Positions 47,141-58,532 of a stretch of DNA of 64,000 nt are shown here, piece by piece. Numbering within the stretch: the first letter of the stretch is position 1; each line of letters starts with the position of its first letter. The position numbers and the translations under genes are program-made. Source of the stretch: a virus; IMG/VR virus record IMGVR_UViG_3300032163_000008, positions 1-64,000 of that record, one strand, 5' to 3'. Below the pieces are notes generated by a model. The model made no database searches. It worked only from the letters and a program-made list of their open reading frames with translations, and was not told the DNA's origin.

Positions 47141-50100
47141 ATGGTTCAAAAATTAACTCCTCCAATCCTCTCAGCTGATGAGATTGCAGCCATAAAAAAT
47201 GCTGTCAATCCATCTGGAGCCAATCCTTTCTCTACTGGAACCGATGTAACTACTATAGCAGAGAACCTAACAGGTACTACTGCTGACTCCTTCGATATTA
47301 AAAAGAATGGTCCTGCGGGAGTAAAACTTAAAAACTCCAGTGGTGATGTCCAATTTAGAAATCTCGGTGACACAGAATTCGCAAGCATTGAGGCTAAGAA
47401 TGTAACAGTTCATGGAACCCTATTTGCTGACGGTGCCAGTGTAGATCTCGAAGTTGCAACTCTTGAAGTCAAAGACAAAAACATCAGTGTAAATAAAAAT
47501 GGTGGTGGAGCTGCTGCTCCTGGTGCAGGTTTTACAGTACTAGGAAATGGTAATTCTGCCTTAGCGGGGATCTTTTACGATCCTACAACAGCGAGCCTGT
47601 TTACGGCTGGTGATGCAAGTGCTCCAGTAGAGCTCGTAAATATCAACGCGTCACAAGTCCTAACGAATAAAACATACAACGGTGTTCTAGCTAACGTAAC
47701 AGCAACTACGCAGGCTCAGAATGATAATAGCACAAAAGTTGCAACAACAGCTTATGTGGATAGTGCTGTTGCCCCCGAAAGCATGTGGGATCGTGCTGGT
47801 GGAGTAATAACTCCTCATACAGCTGGAGACACTTTAAGTATTCTTGGAGACGTAGAGCTAGCAAATAATAAGTTTATAATTCGAACTGCAACAGGAAACG
47901 CTTCATTGACAGGAATTTTAACCGCTACTGGAGGTTTCGTAGGAAATCTGACTGGTAATGTCACTGGTCTAGTTAAAACAGGTTCTAGCCTCGAAAATGG
48001 AGTTACAGCTTCAACCCAGTCACAAAACGACAATAGCACAAAAATAGCCACAACAGCGTATGTAGATGCGGCGATTGCCCCAGAAAATATGTGGGACAGA
48101 AGTGGGACGATTATATCTTCTCGTACAGCCGGAGATAGCTTGTACGTAGATGGTAACTTCAAGGTAAACACAACGAAGTTTGTAGTAGATCCTATAACAG
48201 GTAATACTACACAAGAGGGTACAGCAACAGCTATTTCTTTTATAGGACCTCTGACAGGAAATGTAACAGGAAACCTAACTGGTATACTCCAAGCCGGATC
48301 TAGTATTGCGGGTACTGTTACGGCTGTAACACAAGCACCTCTTAATAATTCAACAAAGATTGCTACTACTGCTTATGTAGATGCAGCACTTTCTGGTGAG
48401 AGCTTCTGGGATAGGGCTGGTAACACAATAACATCCCTTGTTCCTACAGACAACTTGAGTATTGGTGGAAACATCGTTATATCAAATACAGGAACACTGA
48501 CTGCTGGAACTAATTTTGTCACAAATAGCGCGGGTACCCTTACTAAGGTAGACTTCATCGCTCAAAAATACTCGTCTATAGGAAAAGATATCACGAGCAT
48601 TGACCATAATGTGTCACCAGAGGCTGTATTAGTACTAGGCAAGTCCAGCTATTTCGCTAGTACTGACTCTTATTTTAGAATTGACAGTGTGGCGAATGCT
48701 AGAATCTTAGAGTTAGACCACTTAGGAGCACTTCGATCTACAGGCAATAAGTTTATATTAGATACTACAACAGGTAACATAACAACCACTGGAACAGTTG
48801 TAGCAAATAACATTTCTGCAACACTTACAGCTGGAAGCTACTTAGCAGACGGCGTTATGTCAACAACCCAGCCAGTAGGAGACGGGTCCAATAAGGTCGC
48901 TACTACGGCATATGTTGACAATGCCCGATATGTTGTAGATGAGATATGGGATAGAGACCCGACTCTACAGAGGGTATATCTCCACAACTGGGGAGACACT
49001 ATTGAGCTCTCCGGTCTTATCACATTCAACCAATTAACCCTAATCGATGATACTCCTGTTAATCTAAGAAATGGAAACAGTACCGTATATTCAGGAGCGG
49101 ATGGTTACTTAGACTTTCATGCTACAATAGGTTTTAGATACAATACATCATTAATAACAATAGACGCTGTAACAGGTGACACCTTTATAACCGGTAAACT
49201 GGATATAGGAGATAGCTTCACAGTAGCCACAACAAAATTCATGGTTGACAGCGCTACAGGGAACACCACTATTGCTGGTACTCTTGATGTGGCTAAGGAT
49301 GTTGCAGTAGCTGTAGATAAGTTTAATATTGATTATCTCACAGGTGACACACTTATTGCAGGTACGCTGGGTGTAACTGGCATCACAGATTTAACTAGTG
49401 ATCTGAGAGTAGCTACAACAAAGTTCACAGTAGCTTCAGCAACAGGTAATACTGTTATTGCAGGTACGCTGGATGTAGCTAAAGACCTCAAGGTTAACAC
49501 AAATATGTTCACCGTAGCTAATGCTACTGGTAATACAATAATAGCTGGTACATTGGATGTGGCCAAGGATTTCAAAGTAAACACAAATGTATTTACTGTT
49601 GCATACGCCACAGGCAACACCTATATAGACGGGACTCTAAATGTACATGGCATAACTGACTTAGACAAGGATTTACGAGTAAATACAAACATGTTTACAG
49701 TAGATAGTGTTACAGGTAATACTCTGGTGGCTGGCACACTTAATGCCACAGGAAGTTTTAAAGTAAATACAAATATGTTTACCGTAGATAGTGCCAACGG
49801 TGACACACTTATTGCTGGTACGTTAGGTGTAACTGGCATAACCGATCTCACTGATGACCTGAGAATTGCTACAACAAAATTCACAGTGGCGGCCGCAACT
49901 GGTAATACGGTTGTTGCAGGTACCCTAGATGTGGCCAAAGATCTTAAAGTAAACACAAATATGTTTACCGTTGATAACACTAATGGTAACACCCTTGTGG
50001 CTGGGACATTAAATGTTACTAAGAGCCTCTATGTAAACACTAATATGTTTACAATCGACAGCACTAATGGTAATACAGCTATAGCAGGTACACTAGATAT

Positions 50101-53100
50101 AGCCAAGGACTTCAGAGTAAATACAACGATGTTCACTGTGGCATATGCTACAGGCAACACTCATGTAGACGGAACTTTTAGCGTAAAAGGTATAACTGAT
50201 CTCACAGACGATCTGAGAGTAGCTACAACAAAGTTCACAGTAGCTTCAGCAACAGGTAATACCGTTATAGCGGGTACATTGGATGTAGCCAAGGACTTCA
50301 AAGTAAACACAACGATGTTTACAGTGGCCAATGCTACTGGTAACACACACATTGCTGGAACATTGAATGTAGTAGGGCTATCCACACAAAACGGAGGCAT
50401 ATCAGTAACTAGTGCCACAGGAGTACAAGTCGCTCAAGTAATGGGTGATAGCTATGCTCTTGGAGGTGTAGGTAATAGCCTTGTAATGACAGACACTCAA
50501 ACCAACGCCTTGATGGGTGTTCAAGTAGACATGGGTGCTTCAAGCCTAGTTCACCACGCATTTCAAGCAAGGGGCTCAAATAACTCAGCAGCCGTTGCCT
50601 TCTGTGCAGACATGCAGACAGGATTTACCGGGATGCTGTACCACGGCATGGTTAACTCAGTCAATAAGTTTATAGTAGACTATCAAGGCAACACGACAAT
50701 CGCAGGTACTCTAGGCGTAACAGGCATAACAGATCTATCTGGAAACTTTAGAATATCTACAGATAGATTTACTGTGGCAGCTGCCACAGGTGACACGATT
50801 ATAAAAGGAACTCTAGATGTAACTGGAGCCTTGACTCTAGCAGGGTTATCTACTCTAACAGGTGGAATAAGTATAACAACTGCCACAGGAACCCAAATAA
50901 CTCAGGTAATGAGTAATAGCTACGCTTTGAATGGAGTAGGAACAAGTATTTCTATGGGAAATACGCAAGTTAATCCTCTAATAGGATTAGTTGTGGATAT
51001 GGGGTCTTCAGCGATTGCACACGATGCCTTCAAGGCTAGAGGGTCTAACGCAGCTGCAGCTGATGCCTTTATGGCGGAAATGCAAACAGGCTTTACTGGT
51101 AACCTATTCCATGGTACACTAAACTCAGTCGATAAGTTCGTAGTAGACTATCAAGGTAACACAAATATTGCTGGGACTTTAAATGTAGTAGGGTTATCCA
51201 CTCAAAATGGTGGTATCTCTGTAACTAATGCCACTGGAACTCAAGTAGTTCAGGTAATGAGTAATAGTTTTGCATCGGGGGGTATAGGTCAATCCGTAAC
51301 GGTTGGTAATACTCAAACCAACGCCCTAATAGGTAACCAGGTAGATTTAGGATCTTCCACAGTTACACACAGTGCCTTCGTAGTAAAGGGATCAAACACA
51401 GCAGTAGCCAATGCATTCTATGCGAATATGCAGACAGGTTATACTGGAAACTACTTCTTGGGTGTACTGAACGCCGTAGAGAAGTTTAAAGTAGACTACC
51501 AAGGTAATGTTACTATTGCTGGAACAATCGCAGTTACGGGACATACAACTTTCGAGGGGGTTACTTCTACAGGCGCAACTGGTACTGGAAAGCTGGTATA
51601 TGACACAGCTCCTTCCTTCTCTTCAACAATTAATGTGGTAGGGTTATCTACTCAAAATGGTGGAATAAGTATTACTAACGCCACTGGAACTCAAGTAGTT
51701 CAAGTAATGAGCAATGCTTACGCTTCTGGTGGTATTGGAAATAGCATAACACTAGGTAATACACAGTCAAACGCCCTAATAGGTGTTCAAGTAGATTTAG
51801 GATCTTCAGCAGTAGCACATAGCGCTTTCACAGCTAAAGGATCAAATGCCACAACTGCAAACGCGTTCTACGCAAATATGCAGACGGGCTTCGCCGGAAG
51901 CTTATTCAATGGTGGAGTAAATGGCGTTAATAAGTTTAATGTGGACTACTTAGGAAATGTATCCAATGTAGGTACTCTAATGACTACAGGAATTATTTCA
52001 GGGGCAGCTGGGGCACCTGCAAACGTAGCAGTAACTTCTCGGTATGTTGGAAATTCCACAGACCTCAATACAGCTCTAGCTAATCTAGATGATTCTGAGT
52101 TTTATAAGGTTATGTCAGGGTTCGCTCAATGGGGAGTTGAAGCTGGATATTATTCTATAGCTTCTGGGTTCTTTACTCTTCTTAAGAGTGGTTTTGGTTT
52201 TATTAAGGGTAAAAAGGTATCTTGGGCAGCCAACCAAGTAACGTCAGCAATCCTACCAGCCCATACGGCTGGATGGCTCTACATCGACAGTTCAGGAATA
52301 CTACTGCAAACACCATCAGTTGGGTCCATATACACAGATGCAATTCCTTTGTTTTACTACTGGTTTGACGGAACCAATTATTTTGTAGAAAAAGAAAATC
52401 ATCCCTACTCCTTCCACACAGCTACAGCCACATTCTTCCACCGCACAATCAATGTTATTGTTCGAGGATCAGGAGTAGTAATTTCCAGAGTAGGTTCTGG
52501 TACAGGAACCCTCGCTGCTGATAGGCAGATACAAACAAACGGTGTGGATTCCATAGATGACCACGGTCTATCAACAGCAGTTCCACTTACTAATCCGGTA
52601 TCTTGGATAGTTGTTAATACTAACAGCTCTGCACAGTGGGTGCAAAATATCACAGCTACAGAGCTTCCAATTAAATACAACAATGGAGGCACTCCTACAG
52701 CGCTAGACGCTGTTAATGCTTACGCAGTATATACTCTGTATGCTTTACAAGATGACCTAGCCACAGCCACACCGAGGTTTATGGCAGTTATGGATACACA
52801 GGTATTCACGACGCTGCTCGCAGCTCAACAAGCAGTTGCCAACGGCGCTGTCGCGGTTGCCGCGGGTGAAGTAGAAACAATCGAGCCATGTCAATTAGGT
52901 TATGCAATTGTAGCATACAGCGCAACTGGTGGGTATGTTGCAGATTATGCCGTGGCAAGAAACACATTTAATCAGTCCTTAGTTGGTGGTGGTGCCGGTA
53001 GCTCACAAGATCATGCTTTCTTAACGGGTCTAGATTATGCAAGTGCGGGTCACACAGGGTTCACAAGTCCAGCTTCCGTGGATGTGTTCACAAATAAGAC

Positions 53101-53818
53101 GTTTGACACGGCCGCAACAGGCAACGTATTTAAAGTTAATGCAAATCAGATAAATGCGTACACCGGTACAGGTGCGACAGTAGTACTATCAGCAAGTCCA
53201 ACCCTTACAGGAAGTCCTCTAGCACCTACTCAGACAGCACTGGATAATTCAACGAAGATTGCCACTACGGCTTACGTTGATTCAGCAGTTAGTGTAGAGA
53301 ACCTCTGGGATCGCGCAAGTACCACAGTAACATTACGCAACTCAGGAGATACTTTAAACCTCAGTGGCGACCTACAGATCGCAACAAATAAAGCAGTAAT
53401 TGCAGCGGCTACAGGAAATATAACGAATGCGGGTAACATTACAACGGCAGGCATGATATATGGTCCAGCAGGCTTAACTTACTCAAGAAAAATGACTGGT
53501 CAGGTTAATGGAACAATAAATATTGCTACTATTGGTGCTGCTGACGCAGCATATAGTGGTCTTATCACAGTACAAGCCTGGAAGGCTGGTAAGGCAGTCT
53601 CTCAAACATACAGCGTTGAGGGCAGATATGACGATGGTGGTAATATCACTCAATTAGGATCTATCAACAGAACCAGTGAAACTTGTGTACTTAACATCAC
53701 AGGAACATCGACTAATGTAAAAACACTCAGTGTTACAATTGCTGGTTTTGATGCAGCTTTCGTATTAACCGTTGGAGCTCAGTTATTTGGCGATGGCATT
53801 GTAGCCACAAACCTATAA
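47141..53818 (+). CDS. very long (2225 aa) repetitive fibre protein
   Basis: STKIATTAYVD repeats; tandem F.V..TGNT.IAGTL.V repeats; four KF.VDY.GN-ending domains. Confidence 0.85.
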   Translation: MVQKLTPPILSADEIAAIKNAVNPSGANPFSTGTDVTTIAENLTGTTADSFDIKKNGPAGVKLKNSSGDVQFRNLGDTEFASIEAKNVTVHGTLFADGASVDLEVATLEVKDKNISVNKNGGGAAAPGAGFTVLGNGNSALAGIFYDPTTASLFTAGDASAPVELVNINASQVLTNKTYNGVLANVTATTQAQNDNSTKVATTAYVDSAVAPESMWDRAGGVITPHTAGDTLSILGDVELANNKFIIRTATGNASLTGILTATGGFVGNLTGNVTGLVKTGSSLENGVTASTQSQNDNSTKIATTAYVDAAIAPENMWDRSGTIISSRTAGDSLYVDGNFKVNTTKFVVDPITGNTTQEGTATAISFIGPLTGNVTGNLTGILQAGSSIAGTVTAVTQAPLNNSTKIATTAYVDAALSGESFWDRAGNTITSLVPTDNLSIGGNIVISNTGTLTAGTNFVTNSAGTLTKVDFIAQKYSSIGKDITSIDHNVSPEAVLVLGKSSYFASTDSYFRIDSVANARILELDHLGALRSTGNKFILDTTTGNITTTGTVVANNISATLTAGSYLADGVMSTTQPVGDGSNKVATTAYVDNARYVVDEIWDRDPTLQRVYLHNWGDTIELSGLITFNQLTLIDDTPVNLRNGNSTVYSGADGYLDFHATIGFRYNTSLITIDAVTGDTFITGKLDIGDSFTVATTKFMVDSATGNTTIAGTLDVAKDVAVAVDKFNIDYLTGDTLIAGTLGVTGITDLTSDLRVATTKFTVASATGNTVIAGTLDVAKDLKVNTNMFTVANATGNTIIAGTLDVAKDFKVNTNVFTVAYATGNTYIDGTLNVHGITDLDKDLRVNTNMFTVDSVTGNTLVAGTLNATGSFKVNTNMFTVDSANGDTLIAGTLGVTGITDLTDDLRIATTKFTVAAATGNTVVAGTLDVAKDLKVNTNMFTVDNTNGNTLVAGTLNVTKSLYVNTNMFTIDSTNGNTAIAGTLDIAKDFRVNTTMFTVAYATGNTHVDGTFSVKGITDLTDDLRVATTKFTVASATGNTVIAGTLDVAKDFKVNTTMFTVANATGNTHIAGTLNVVGLSTQNGGISVTSATGVQVAQVMGDSYALGGVGNSLVMTDTQTNALMGVQVDMGASSLVHHAFQARGSNNSAAVAFCADMQTGFTGMLYHGMVNSVNKFIVDYQGNTTIAGTLGVTGITDLSGNFRISTDRFTVAAATGDTIIKGTLDVTGALTLAGLSTLTGGISITTATGTQITQVMSNSYALNGVGTSISMGNTQVNPLIGLVVDMGSSAIAHDAFKARGSNAAAADAFMAEMQTGFTGNLFHGTLNSVDKFVVDYQGNTNIAGTLNVVGLSTQNGGISVTNATGTQVVQVMSNSFASGGIGQSVTVGNTQTNALIGNQVDLGSSTVTHSAFVVKGSNTAVANAFYANMQTGYTGNYFLGVLNAVEKFKVDYQGNVTIAGTIAVTGHTTFEGVTSTGATGTGKLVYDTAPSFSSTINVVGLSTQNGGISITNATGTQVVQVMSNAYASGGIGNSITLGNTQSNALIGVQVDLGSSAVAHSAFTAKGSNATTANAFYANMQTGFAGSLFNGGVNGVNKFNVDYLGNVSNVGTLMTTGIISGAAGAPANVAVTSRYVGNSTDLNTALANLDDSEFYKVMSGFAQWGVEAGYYSIASGFFTLLKSGFGFIKGKKVSWAANQVTSAILPAHTAGWLYIDSSGILLQTPSVGSIYTDAIPLFYYWFDGTNYFVEKENHPYSFHTATATFFHRTINVIVRGSGVVISRVGSGTGTLAADRQIQTNGVDSIDDHGLSTAVPLTNPVSWIVVNTNSSAQWVQNITATELPIKYNNGGTPTALDAVNAYAVYTLYALQDDLATATPRFMAVMDTQVFTTLLAAQQAVANGAVAVAAGEVETIEPCQLGYAIVAYSATGGYVADYAVARNTFNQSLVGGGAGSSQDHAFLTGLDYASAGHTGFTSPASVDVFTNKTFDTAATGNVFKVNANQINAYTGTGATVVLSASPTLTGSPLAPTQTALDNSTKIATTAYVDSAVSVENLWDRASTTVTLRNSGDTLNLSGDLQIATNKAVIAAATGNITNAGNITTAGMIYGPAGLTYSRKMTGQVNGTINIATIGAADAAYSGLITVQAWKAGKAVSQTYSVEGRYDDGGNITQLGSINRTSETCVLNITGTSTNVKTLSVTIAGFDAAFVLTVGAQLFGDGIVATNL

Positions 53819-53836
53819 TTAAGAAGGATATAATAA

Positions 53837-56800
53837 ATGACAGGTAGTCGCTATAACAGTAATGTATATGAGAGCTGGACTTTAAGCAAAGACGCGGGGG
53901 GAAGTGACCTAGCAGGGTTACTCTTAGGTACTGGTGCAGCAACTAATGACACAAATCTATATAGAAGCGCAATAGGTACTCTAAAGACTGACGGCATTTT
54001 CACAGTTGGTGGAGCACTCAATGCCAATAGCACTCTAACCGTTGCAAGCACTCTAACAACTACAGGCTTTACAACTGGCTCTGTACATTTTACTGGAGCA
54101 GCTGCTGCCTTAACGCAAGACGCTACTAACTTCTTTTGGGATAACACAGACAAAAGACTGGGTATTGGAACGAATGCTCCAAGTGCAATTATTCACTCAT
54201 ACACGACAGGAGCCATAGATCAGCTATGGGTTGAGCGTTATGGTGGTAGTGCAGCTACTAGAGGTAAGTTAAGGATCTGGCACTCTAATATTGGCTATAG
54301 TGGTGGTACTGGTGCAGATACGCTTCACACTGCCGATTGGGGACATGCTTTTCAGGTAAACAACCAATCTGCAGCAGCCTACGCCATGACTATTACGAAT
54401 GGTGGACTTGTTGGTATTGGTACCACAGGACCATCTAACCTACTGACAGTACAAAACGTCTTAAACAGTGCTTCAGCGATTGCAGTATTACAACAGAATC
54501 AAGCGAGTACATCCAATCCTCTGGCACGACTAGATTTACTAGGAGTCTCAGGAACAGGATCTGCTGGTGGTGTTATATATCTTACTGAAGGTACTTATCC
54601 CACATATATTAAAGGCATCAGAGATGCGTCTCTAACAAAATCAAAGCTTATATTTGGAACAAATAATGGTGGTGGAAACACAGTAACCGACTGGATGACT
54701 CTAAACAGTGTTGGTGAGTTAATACTAACCAGCACCTCAGTGTCGAGCTCTACAGCAACGGGTACTTTAATTCTCAGTGGTGGTGCCGGTATCGCTGGTG
54801 CAGTATATATTGGTGGAGCATTAAATGTAACAGGAAATATAACAGGAACCCTAGCCACAGCAGCCCAACCGAATATTACGAGTGTGGGTACACTAAGTGC
54901 TCTTACAGTTACTGCAACGATCACAGGAAGCGTTAGTGGATCTGCGGCAACGGTTACAGGAGCTTCTCAAACAGCTATTACAACTCTATCAAATCTTGTA
55001 TCAGTGGGAGTAATTACAACAGGTACTTGGCGCGGTACAGTCGTAGAATCGGTCTATGGTGGTACTGGCGTAAATAACGGTGGTAGAACTCTAACGATTG
55101 CAACACAGAGTGGTACTCTAACATTCACAGGAGCATCTCTAACTATTGGTGCTAGCGCATCAGTAGCTGGCTCAAATACCGGCGATGTAACTCTAGCTAC
55201 GAATCATGGCCTATCATTAACTAATCAAGTAATTGGAATGGGAACTCCTAGCACAGTTACAAGCGCTACGACAAATAGCGTTACAACTACAACACATACC
55301 CACGCCCTAACGGTTACGAAGTCAGATGTAGGATTGGGCAGCGTGGAAAATACAGCACTATCTACTTGGGCAGGCACTGGAAATATCACCACAGTAGGTA
55401 CAATTACATCTGGTACTTGGACAGGTGGTGTAATAGGTGCGACTTATGGTGGTACAGGTATAAACAACGGTGCTAGAACTCTAACCATTAGTACTAATGC
55501 TGGTACGCTATCTTTCACGAACGCAAGTACAACGCTGACTATAGGTACTGCAGCAGCTTCAGTTAGCAACGCTAACACAGGTGATGTAACTCTAGCTACG
55601 AATCATGGTCTATCACTAACTAATCAAGTAATTGGAATGGGCACACCGTCCACAGTGACAAGTGCCACAACAAATGCTGTAACAACTACAACACACAGCC
55701 ACGCTCTAACAGTTACTAAGTCTGATGTAGGCTTGAGCGCCGTGGAAAATACAGCACTGTCCACATGGGCAGGTACTGGGAATATTACCACAGTAGGTAC
55801 AATTACATCTGGGTCATGGACTAGCGGCGTAATAGCCTCTAACTATGGTGGTACTGGCGTAAATAACGCAGGTAGAACCCTAACTCTTAATACAAATTCG
55901 GGTACACTAGCATATTCTAGTGCAAGTTTAACTCTAACAGTTGCAGCGAATGCTACCGTTAGTGGATCAAACACAGGGGATCAAACAACTATAACAGGTA
56001 ATGCTGGATCAGCAACATACGCGTCAAATACAACCATCACAGATGATACAACAACGGCAGCTACAATGTATCCTACATGGGTTACAGCTAATACTGGAAA
56101 CATACCTCAAAAGGTATCTAGTACGAAGCTTAGCTTCGTGCCTAGCACGGGAATTTTAAGTGCTACGGGCTTTGCAGGACCTCTGACAGGAAATGTAACA
56201 GGTAACGTCAGTGGATCGGCTGGATCGGTGACTTGGGCTAACGTGTCAAGTAAGCCTTTTAACTATAGTGGCCAAGCTGGGCAACCGTCATGGTTATGGG
56301 GTACAAGCGACGGAGTTGCATACTATGTGTGGAACCCTAGTAACTTTAATGTAAATTCCGCAACTACGGCTACTAACGCCACTAATGCCACATATCTAAA
56401 TGTCGCAGATACCAGAGATACAGCACTTACTCCAAACAGTATGATCGCAAATAAGGTGCAGTCAGCTTTCACAAATATGAATGGTGGAGGTTGGAGATCT
56501 TTCTTAAACATACAGGGTTGGTCAAGTGGTTATGCTTCTTGGAGAATTATAGGGCCAGCAAATGCAAGTAATGATGACTTATGGTATCTACAGGGTGGCG
56601 TAAATACTACTTGGGGTACTCAACACACAATCATGCACAGCGGTAACATTGGGTCATATGCACCAACTCTAACGGGTGGTGGTGCCAGTGGTAACTGGGG
56701 CATCAATGTAACAGGAACAGCGGCGTCTACTACGAGATTCTTCTCTACGAGTCACCCTACATCATACTATCTAGAGCATACTTGGGATGGCACGTATTGG

Positions 56801-57265
56801 TATATTAATGGTAACCATCCTACTAATCCTGGTGCCAGAGTTGCACGTGCCGATACAGCCGGGTCAGCTACAACTGCTGGATCTGTCACTAACTCTCTAA
56901 CAGCAGGAACAGGACTATCCGGTACAGCCTTTAATGGTAGTGCAGCACAGACTTGGAATCATGCTAGCGGTAACGGATATAATCATATTCCGACGGGTGG
57001 TCAATCTACATATGTTCTGACGTGGGCATCTAGTGGTGCAGCGACATGGGCAGCACCTACAGGTGGAGGTTCTAGTGGATGGACTTATTACAGAGACTCT
57101 AGTGGTATAAATGCTACGGCACCCGTCATTAGAACGAATGCGCAGCAAATTGATGCAAACATAACGATGCTAGCCACAGAGAATGGTTTATCAGCAGGAC
57201 CCATTACTATTAGCAGTGGTGTTACTGTCACTATTCCAAGTGGGGCTTCTTGGTCTATTGTCTAA
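53837..57265 (+). CDS. tail fibre protein
   Basis: RLGIGT/VGIGT repeats; C-terminal SAGPITISSGVTVTIPSGASWSIV. Confidence 0.85.
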   Translation: MTGSRYNSNVYESWTLSKDAGGSDLAGLLLGTGAATNDTNLYRSAIGTLKTDGIFTVGGALNANSTLTVASTLTTTGFTTGSVHFTGAAAALTQDATNFFWDNTDKRLGIGTNAPSAIIHSYTTGAIDQLWVERYGGSAATRGKLRIWHSNIGYSGGTGADTLHTADWGHAFQVNNQSAAAYAMTITNGGLVGIGTTGPSNLLTVQNVLNSASAIAVLQQNQASTSNPLARLDLLGVSGTGSAGGVIYLTEGTYPTYIKGIRDASLTKSKLIFGTNNGGGNTVTDWMTLNSVGELILTSTSVSSSTATGTLILSGGAGIAGAVYIGGALNVTGNITGTLATAAQPNITSVGTLSALTVTATITGSVSGSAATVTGASQTAITTLSNLVSVGVITTGTWRGTVVESVYGGTGVNNGGRTLTIATQSGTLTFTGASLTIGASASVAGSNTGDVTLATNHGLSLTNQVIGMGTPSTVTSATTNSVTTTTHTHALTVTKSDVGLGSVENTALSTWAGTGNITTVGTITSGTWTGGVIGATYGGTGINNGARTLTISTNAGTLSFTNASTTLTIGTAAASVSNANTGDVTLATNHGLSLTNQVIGMGTPSTVTSATTNAVTTTTHSHALTVTKSDVGLSAVENTALSTWAGTGNITTVGTITSGSWTSGVIASNYGGTGVNNAGRTLTLNTNSGTLAYSSASLTLTVAANATVSGSNTGDQTTITGNAGSATYASNTTITDDTTTAATMYPTWVTANTGNIPQKVSSTKLSFVPSTGILSATGFAGPLTGNVTGNVSGSAGSVTWANVSSKPFNYSGQAGQPSWLWGTSDGVAYYVWNPSNFNVNSATTATNATNATYLNVADTRDTALTPNSMIANKVQSAFTNMNGGGWRSFLNIQGWSSGYASWRIIGPANASNDDLWYLQGGVNTTWGTQHTIMHSGNIGSYAPTLTGGGASGNWGINVTGTAASTTRFFSTSHPTSYYLEHTWDGTYWYINGNHPTNPGARVARADTAGSATTAGSVTNSLTAGTGLSGTAFNGSAAQTWNHASGNGYNHIPTGGQSTYVLTWASSGAATWAAPTGGGSSGWTYYRDSSGINATAPVIRTNAQQIDANITMLATENGLSAGPITISSGVTVTIPSGASWSIV

Positions 57266-57275
57266 GGAGTGATGT

Positions 57276-57674
57276 ATGAAATTAAATGTTAACACCATTA
57301 AAGGCATAACAGCAGCCACCCCAACATTTAAAAACGCTCTTGGGGCGGAGTTAGGTCAGCCCTGCAAGGCTTTTATCGCCTTCAACGGATCTACAGGGGT
57401 GGTTAATTCCAACTTTAACATGCCATCAATCACAAAAGATGGCACAGGAAACTATAGGGCAAATATAACTCCAGGGACTTTCGCCACTGCAACATTCTCT
57501 ATAGCAGGGACGTCTGTTATGCTCCCAACTTCGACTTTTAACCCACACAGGAGAGGCCTAGGAGTAGGAGCCATATCGACATCAGTAGTCTACTGTAGTA
57601 CAGGGTATGTGACAGAAAGTGCGAGTACTTATGAAGATATGATGGTCAGCGTTGTCCTATTTGGACACGGATAA
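57276..57674 (+). CDS. fibre-tip-associated protein, paralogue A1
   Basis: CKAFIAFNG..FN.PSITKDGTGNY..NPHRRG..YED. Confidence 0.75.
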   Translation: MKLNVNTIKGITAATPTFKNALGAELGQPCKAFIAFNGSTGVVNSNFNMPSITKDGTGNYRANITPGTFATATFSIAGTSVMLPTSTFNPHRRGLGVGAISTSVVYCSTGYVTESASTYEDMMVSVVLFGHG

Positions 57675-57678
57675 TATA

Positions 57679-58068
57679 ATGAGCACATTGGCAACAGATA
57701 GTATCTATAGCGTACAGAACACAGTTCCTCCAGTGTTTAGGAACTCTACAGGAGCCGAGATTGGGAAGCTATGCAAGGCTTGGATATACTTTGATGGGGT
57801 TGCTCTAGGTATGGTAGCCTTCAACGTATCTTCAGTTACTAAGGATGGAACTGGTATGTACAGAATAAATATACCAGTGGGAATATTTGCAGATGCTAAT
57901 TACGCTATAATGGGCTGTAATAGTGCGAGTGGCACATATAACCCTCATAGAAAGGGAATCGGTTTTGCGGCTCAATCGGCTACACAGCTTCCCTGCAATT
58001 CTGGGTATGTAACAGAAAATGCTACAGCCTATGAGGATCATCCCATGCATGTTCAGATGTGGTCATAA
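57679..58068 (+). CDS. fibre-tip-associated protein, paralogue A2
   Basis: CKAWIYFDG..FNVSSVTKDGTGMY..NPHRKG..YED. Confidence 0.75.
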   Translation: MSTLATDSIYSVQNTVPPVFRNSTGAEIGKLCKAWIYFDGVALGMVAFNVSSVTKDGTGMYRINIPVGIFADANYAIMGCNSASGTYNPHRKGIGFAAQSATQLPCNSGYVTENATAYEDHPMHVQMWS

Positions 58069-58077
58069 GGAGATAGT

Positions 58078-58479
58078 ATGCCAGTAAATGTACAAACAAT
58101 TCAGAGTCTAACGACAGCTCCTCCAGCGATTACAAACTCTTCTGATGTTGTAAAGGGTAAGTTATGCAAGGCTTGGGTGAACTATAACGCAATAGGAACC
58201 GTGCCCGTTCCTATCAGGGCTTCTTTTAATATTCCTTCAATCACTAGAAATGGTGTGGGTGGGTATATGATTAATATTACTCCTGGTGTTCTTGCAGACA
58301 CTAATTTCTGTCTCATCGGAAGTCAGACATACCCTCAAGGTGCATATGATCCTCATAGAAACGGCACGGGATTATCAATTCAGTCATCAACACTAGTATA
58401 CCAATCGATGTCTTGGGTATCTGAGGGTTCAAGTGGTTTTGAAGATATGACCCAGGGTTGTATTCAGATATATACTTAA
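58078..58479 (+). CDS. fibre-tip-associated protein, paralogue A3
   Basis: CKAWVNYN..SFNIPSITRNGVGGY..DPHRNG..FED. Confidence 0.75.
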   Translation: MPVNVQTIQSLTTAPPAITNSSDVVKGKLCKAWVNYNAIGTVPVPIRASFNIPSITRNGVGGYMINITPGVLADTNFCLIGSQTYPQGAYDPHRNGTGLSIQSSTLVYQSMSWVSEGSSGFEDMTQGCIQIYT

Positions 58480-58532
58480 AGTATAAAAAAGCTCCCGTGA
58501 TAGGGATGCATGTAAGATAGGAGGAAGAACTT

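Noticed and set aside
39412-57148. Many antisense ORFs within fibre genes
   Set aside because: Shadows of Thr/Gly/Ala-rich codon usage on the + strand
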